From Planctomycetaceae bacterium (GTDB taxonomy: Bacteria; Planctomycetota; Planctomycetia; Planctomycetales; Planctomycetaceae): 64,000 bases of DNA. The notes beneath the pieces were generated by a model. That model did no database searches. It saw only the letters and a list, made by a program, of their open reading frames with translations, and was not told the origin of the DNA. The first letter of the stretch is position 1. Each line of letters starts with the position of its first letter. Below are positions 59,818-64,000 of the stretch, one piece after another. Location of the stretch: the NCBI GenBank assembly GCA_014762625.1, contig JABURQ010000208.1, forward strand, positions 309-64,308. The letters run 5' to 3'. The translations under genes and the position numbers were made by a program.

Positions 59818-60801
59818 ATGTCAAAGCCGCGCTTAGCTGATGATATTATGGTTAAAAAACTTCACACGCTCCAACCAGAGCAAAATGTGTTACTGGGGAT
59901 TCGCCAGTTACTCCGATGCCAAATCTCGGGAGCCCCTGTGATCGATCAATACGGGGTTTATCAGGGAGTCTTCTCTGAAAAATGTTGTATGAATATTCTC
60001 TCCAAAGCTGCTCGGCTGGCGACCGAACGAGGACAAGCTGAACAGATTCGGCGCGTTCGCGCGAAGGATATCATGCAAACTCGATTGGTCACCTTGGATC
60101 CTGAAATGGACGTTTTTGATGCGATCGGATTTCTGTTGAGAAATCGGATTTCGGGAGCCCCTGTGATTGATGGAAATGGAGAATTTGTGGGTGTGTTTTC
60201 TGAGAAGGGGAGCATGGATGTTGTCATCGAATCTGCCTATTCCCAACTTCCGACAACACGCGTCCTTTCGTTTATGGACGCCGACCGTGGTCGTGTTATC
60301 CACGAGCATACGGATCTGCTGACCGTGGCACGCATCTTTCTAGAGACTCCCTATCGTCGGCTCGTTGTGTTACGCGATGAGAAAGTGGTAGGTCAAATCA
60401 GTCGGCGAGATGTATTGAATACCCAGATACGGCTCTCCGAATCGGTCTGGAATGAAAACACGGTCATGGATCGGCCAGCCCATATGGTGGAAACCCTGAA
60501 TCTGACGGAAGCCACGCTCAACAAGCGTCCTCCTCGCGTCTTCGAGTACATGGACACATCCGCTCGAACCATCGTCGAAGAAGATGATCTCCTAAAAATT
60601 GCCCAATTATTCCGTTCGACTCCATACCGACGGCTCCCGGTATTGAACGGCGGATATCTGACCGGACAGGTCAGTCGCCGAGATTTGTTGCGAGCAGCTC
60701 ACCATCAGATGGCCGTTGCCTCACCGACAGATTCCCATCTTTTGTATCTGAGTTCCCTCATGGAGCGTGGTGACTCTCCCATTTACAGTCGTAACCGCTG
60801 A
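59818..60801 (+). CDS. Stand-alone protein with four CBS domains (two Bateman modules)
   Basis: The ATG follows AGGAG. ISGAPVID and GVFSEK elements are repeated, and two C-terminal repeats carry YRRLPV/YRRLVV and GQISRRD/GQVSRRD. Confidence 0.75.
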   Translation: MSKPRLADDIMVKKLHTLQPEQNVLLGIRQLLRCQISGAPVIDQYGVYQGVFSEKCCMNILSKAARLATERGQAEQIRRVRAKDIMQTRLVTLDPEMDVFDAIGFLLRNRISGAPVIDGNGEFVGVFSEKGSMDVVIESAYSQLPTTRVLSFMDADRGRVIHEHTDLLTVARIFLETPYRRLVVLRDEKVVGQISRRDVLNTQIRLSESVWNENTVMDRPAHMVETLNLTEATLNKRPPRVFEYMDTSARTIVEEDDLLKIAQLFRSTPYRRLPVLNGGYLTGQVSRRDLLRAAHHQMAVASPTDSHLLYLSSLMERGDSPIYSRNR

Positions 60802-60963
60802 CCCTTCTATCTCTTTCTACGTAAATAATAGTGCAGCCAGACTTTCCTGGAGGAAACTTCGGGGAGAACGGGAACCCACCTTGCGGCCTTTCGACGAGAG
60901 GTCTATCCTCTGTATTACCAGACAGATAGGTCTCATCTTCCCTGCAAGGAATGAAGGAACGGA

Positions 60964-62721
60964 ATGGCTCATCAGGCGCTAGAGAAGTGGGTCGAGCAGA
61001 TTGCCCAGATCACACAGCCAAAGACATTACATTGGTGTGACGGTTCGGAGGAGGAAATCGAGTCGCTTTACGAGCTGATGACTTCCGATGGAACTCTCAC
61101 AAAGCTGAATGAGTCAAAACACCCCAATAGTTATCTCGCACGAAGTGACGTCAACGATGTGGCACGTGTCGAAGGGCGTACGTTTATCTGCTCCGCCCTA
61201 AAAGAAGACGCCGGTCCGACCAATAATTGGATGGCACCGGAAGAAATGCATGCGGTCATTGATCCATTGTTTGAAGGGTGTATGGACGGGCGCGTGATGT
61301 ACGTCATTCCTTATCTGATGGGGCCTGCGGGATCACCACTCTCTAAAGTTGGAATTGAAATTACTGACAGCCCTTACGTTGTCGCCAATATGCGGATCAT
61401 GACTCGCATGGGAAAAGTCGCCCTTGATGAGCTCGGCGAGGATGGAGATTTCGTTAAGGGGCTGCATTCCACCGGGGATCTGGCTCCCGATCAACGCTAC
61501 ATTTCACATTTTCCCGACGAGAATTTGATCATGAGTTACTCGTCGAATTATGGTGGTAATGCTTTGCTGGGCAAGAAATGTTTTGCATTGCGATTGGCCA
61601 GTGTTCTCGGAAAGCGTGAAGGCTGGCTCGCCGAGCATATGCTGATTCTGGGAATCACTTCACCGGAAGGGAAAAAGAGACATATCTGCGCCGCGTTTCC
61701 TTCGGCTTGTGGCAAAACAAACCTCGCGATGTTGGTCCCACCCCAGGAATTTCTTGATGCGGGTTGGAAAGTAGAAACAATCGGAGATGATATTGCCTGG
61801 CTGAAGTTCGGACCGGACGGAAAGCTTTATGCCATCAATCCTGAGTTTGGTTTTTTCGGAGTGGCTCCCGGCACCAGCATGGAGACGAATCCCAACGCTT
61901 TGCTTTCGTGCCGGGCAAATACCTTGTTCACAAACGTTGCTCTGTGTCCCGATAACACTGTCTGGTGGGAGGGATTGACCGAGGAGCCGCCTGTATCGGC
62001 GATCGATTGGAAGGGGAATCCCTGGACTCCGGAATCTGGGGATAAAGCCGCTCATCCTAACAGTCGTTTTACGGCTCCGGCGAAGCAGTGTCCGAGTATC
62101 TCGGGTGATTTCGATAGCCCTGCTGGAGTTCCCGTGGATGCCATTGTATTCGGCGGGCGCCGTTCAACCACAACACCGCTCGTCTACGAAGCTTTCAACT
62201 GGCAGCATGGAACTTACCTTGGGGCGACGATGACCAGTGAGAAGACAGCCGCCGCCGCTGGGAAAGTGGGGGAACTTCGGCACGACCCAATGGCCATGCT
62301 TCCATTCTGCGGCTATCACATGGCTGATTACTGGCAGCACTGGCTCGATATCGGGGAGAAAGGGGGCGACAAAATGCCTCGCATCTTCCATGTCAACTGG
62401 TTTCGTAAAGACAGTGAAGGGCGGTTTGTCTGGCCAGGCTTCCGAGATAATATGCATGTCCTGAAGTGGATTGTCGATCGATGCGACGGAATAGGGAAAG
62501 CAAAAGAAACTCCGATTGGTCTCATGCCTGATCCCGACTCACTCGACCTGGAGCAACTGGAGCTCGAGCCGGAAGATGTCGAGTTGTTGTTCTCGGTTGA
62601 TAAGGAAGAATGGAAAGAGGAAGTTGCGGAACAGGCCGAATATTTCAAAAATTTTGGTGACAAACTTCCTGGCGGTATTCAAGACGAGCTCGATGCCCTC
62701 AAGTCACGGATTGATAACTGA
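60964..62721 (+). CDS. pckG: Phosphoenolpyruvate carboxykinase (GTP)
   Basis: 585 aa. It has the [13 protein letters not shown] kinase-1a P-loop, GDDIAWL, and FGGRR, which are typical of GTP-PEPCK. Confidence 0.9.
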   Translation: MAHQALEKWVEQIAQITQPKTLHWCDGSEEEIESLYELMTSDGTLTKLNESKHPNSYLARSDVNDVARVEGRTFICSALKEDAGPTNNWMAPEEMHAVIDPLFEGCMDGRVMYVIPYLMGPAGSPLSKVGIEITDSPYVVANMRIMTRMGKVALDELGEDGDFVKGLHSTGDLAPDQRYISHFPDENLIMSYSSNYGGNALLGKKCFALRLASVLGKREGWLAEHMLILGITSPEGKKRHICAAFPSACGKTNLAMLVPPQEFLDAGWKVETIGDDIAWLKFGPDGKLYAINPEFGFFGVAPGTSMETNPNALLSCRANTLFTNVALCPDNTVWWEGLTEEPPVSAIDWKGNPWTPESGDKAAHPNSRFTAPAKQCPSISGDFDSPAGVPVDAIVFGGRRSTTTPLVYEAFNWQHGTYLGATMTSEKTAAAAGKVGELRHDPMAMLPFCGYHMADYWQHWLDIGEKGGDKMPRIFHVNWFRKDSEGRFVWPGFRDNMHVLKWIVDRCDGIGKAKETPIGLMPDPDSLDLEQLELEPEDVELLFSVDKEEWKEEVAEQAEYFKNFGDKLPGGIQDELDALKSRIDN

Positions 62722-62742
62722 TTCCCGAGAAAGGAATGCACA

Positions 62743-63678
62743 ATGCTCTGGCGTCTCCTGCATGTTATGATGGCTTTGGGGGTCATCGCCACAGCCGATG
62801 TATTGATTGCGCAAGATCAAGAGGTCAAATCGCCGGGAGTCAATGCAACGCGAGCGTTCGGTTATTTGAACGACATCTGTGATATTGGTCCCCGGATTAG
62901 CGGCAGCGGAGGAATGAAAAAACAGCAAGAAGTGATTATCAATCACTTCAAAGAACTCGGTGCGACCATCACTGAGCAGGAATTTGATGCTCCCCATCCT
63001 CTCAGTGGCCAACCTGTGCGTTTGAAAAACTTGATCGTCAGTTGGCATCCAGAAAAAAAAGAACGGATTCTCCTTTGCTGCCACTACGACACTCGCCCGT
63101 TTCCGGATCAGGATCGCAGGAACCCGCGTGGTCGTTTTATTGGTGCCAATGACGGGGCAAGCGGCGTTGCGCTCTTCATGGAAATGGGGCATCACATGAA
63201 TGACCTCGACCTGTCGTACGGTGTCGATATGGTTTTCTTCGATGGAGAAGAACTGGTCTTTCGCCGCGGCGACAAATACTTTCTGGGCTCGGAACATTTT
63301 GCCACACAGTACCGCGACAATAAGCCGGACCATACGTATAAGTTTGGAGTTCTTGTCGATATGATTGCCGGGAAACCATTACGCCTGTATTACGAACGAA
63401 ACAGCCTCAAATACGCCCCGAAAGTGACTCAGAGCGTCTGGATGGCTGCTGAAAAGGTGGGAAATCGCGCGTTCATCAAAAGAGCGCGACATGAAGTTCT
63501 CGACGATCATATTCCCCTGAATGAGATTGCCGACATTCCAACCACCGATTTGATTGACTTCGATTATCAATATTGGCATACGACGGGGGATGCTCCCCGA
63601 AACTGCTCCTCTCGTAGTCTGCAAAGTGTCGCCGAGGTCCTTCTCTACTGGATTCAGGCCACACCCGGACTGAAATAG
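62743..63678 (+). CDS. M28-family metallopeptidase / glutaminyl-peptide cyclotransferase-like protein
   Basis: Signal peptide, then CCHYDTRPF, GANDGASGVA and FFDGEE metal-ligand contexts of the M28/QC fold. Confidence 0.7.
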   Translation: MLWRLLHVMMALGVIATADVLIAQDQEVKSPGVNATRAFGYLNDICDIGPRISGSGGMKKQQEVIINHFKELGATITEQEFDAPHPLSGQPVRLKNLIVSWHPEKKERILLCCHYDTRPFPDQDRRNPRGRFIGANDGASGVALFMEMGHHMNDLDLSYGVDMVFFDGEELVFRRGDKYFLGSEHFATQYRDNKPDHTYKFGVLVDMIAGKPLRLYYERNSLKYAPKVTQSVWMAAEKVGNRAFIKRARHEVLDDHIPLNEIADIPTTDLIDFDYQYWHTTGDAPRNCSSRSLQSVAEVLLYWIQATPGLK

Positions 63679-63685
63679 CTCTCTT

Positions 63686-64000
63686 TCAATCGGGAGCTGC
63701 GAAGATACGTTCAGATTCTGCCACCATTGTTTCGAGACTGTAATGCTCGCGGACACCTCGGTGACCGGCCTGTGCGTATTCGACTCGCTGATCGTGATTG
63801 GTTGCCAATTGGAGCCAGGCGGACGCCAGCTCTTCTGGATTCTCGGGGGAGACGAGCATTCCTCCGTGAGTATGCTCAATCATTTCCGGAAAGGCTCCGT
63901 GGGCGGGTTGCACAACCGGAACTCCGTTCGCCCATGCCTCCATGACTGGGAGACCTTTGGGTTCATGGTAAGTAGTCGGCATTGAGAAAACATCGAACCG
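63686..64000 (-). CDS. Glycosyltransferase (GT-B, group 1/GT4-like), C-terminal part only; continues past the window end
   Basis: EPKGLPVMEAWANGVPVV is the E-x7-E region of GT4 enzymes. The frame is open to position 64000. Confidence 0.6.
   Translation of the reverse strand, partial: RFDVFSMPTTYHEPKGLPVMEAWANGVPVVQPAHGAFPEMIEHTHGGMLVSPENPEELASAWLQLATNHDQRVEYAQAGHRGVREHYSLETMVAESERIFAAPD

Overview
This 64-kb window (about 50% GC) looks like conserved chromosomal core, most likely from a planctomycete. That placement is an inference from gene content: H4MPT genes fae and mtd without a methylotrophy island, an arylsulfatase, paired GT-C glycosyltransferases, rpoN, and many secreted proteins or lipoproteins of unknown function. 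I support about 55 CDS. They include serC, sdaA, thpR, glnII, pdxJ, the mtd-fae pair, yggS, a complete pstSCAB-phoU-phoB block, HIT, a MATE exporter, dnaX-ybaB-recR, rpoN, purEK, murD, an SSS transporter, a PhoR-like kinase, htpG, htrA, thiL, GTP-PEPCK and others. RNA genes are tRNA-Arg(CCG), tRNA-Gln(CTG) and a small SRP RNA in the classic position upstream of dnaX. I found no CRISPR array, integrase, transposase or obvious island. The best candidate for something undescribed is a tight three-gene operon at 53254-56573. It encodes a HemN-like radical SAM enzyme, a chorismate-lyase-fold protein, and a flavoprotein carrying both flavin-dependent-halogenase motifs. It sits downstream of a translationally coupled Fe-ADH and secreted beta-propeller pair. 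Other notable points:
- an A9 slippery run in dnaX at the gamma/tau position, with immediate stops in both shifted frames
- two single-base homopolymer frameshifts, in DUF167/yggU and in the sulfatase 3' end
- a small TPR protein abutting htpG
- a sigma-54 promoter with two upstream dyads in front of glnII
- a strong intrinsic terminator between fae and mtd
- a duplicated zinc-ribbon membrane protein coupled to the MATE pump
- an unusually long 687-bp gap with chained small ORFs.
Everything here was read by eye from the sequence; no searches were run.
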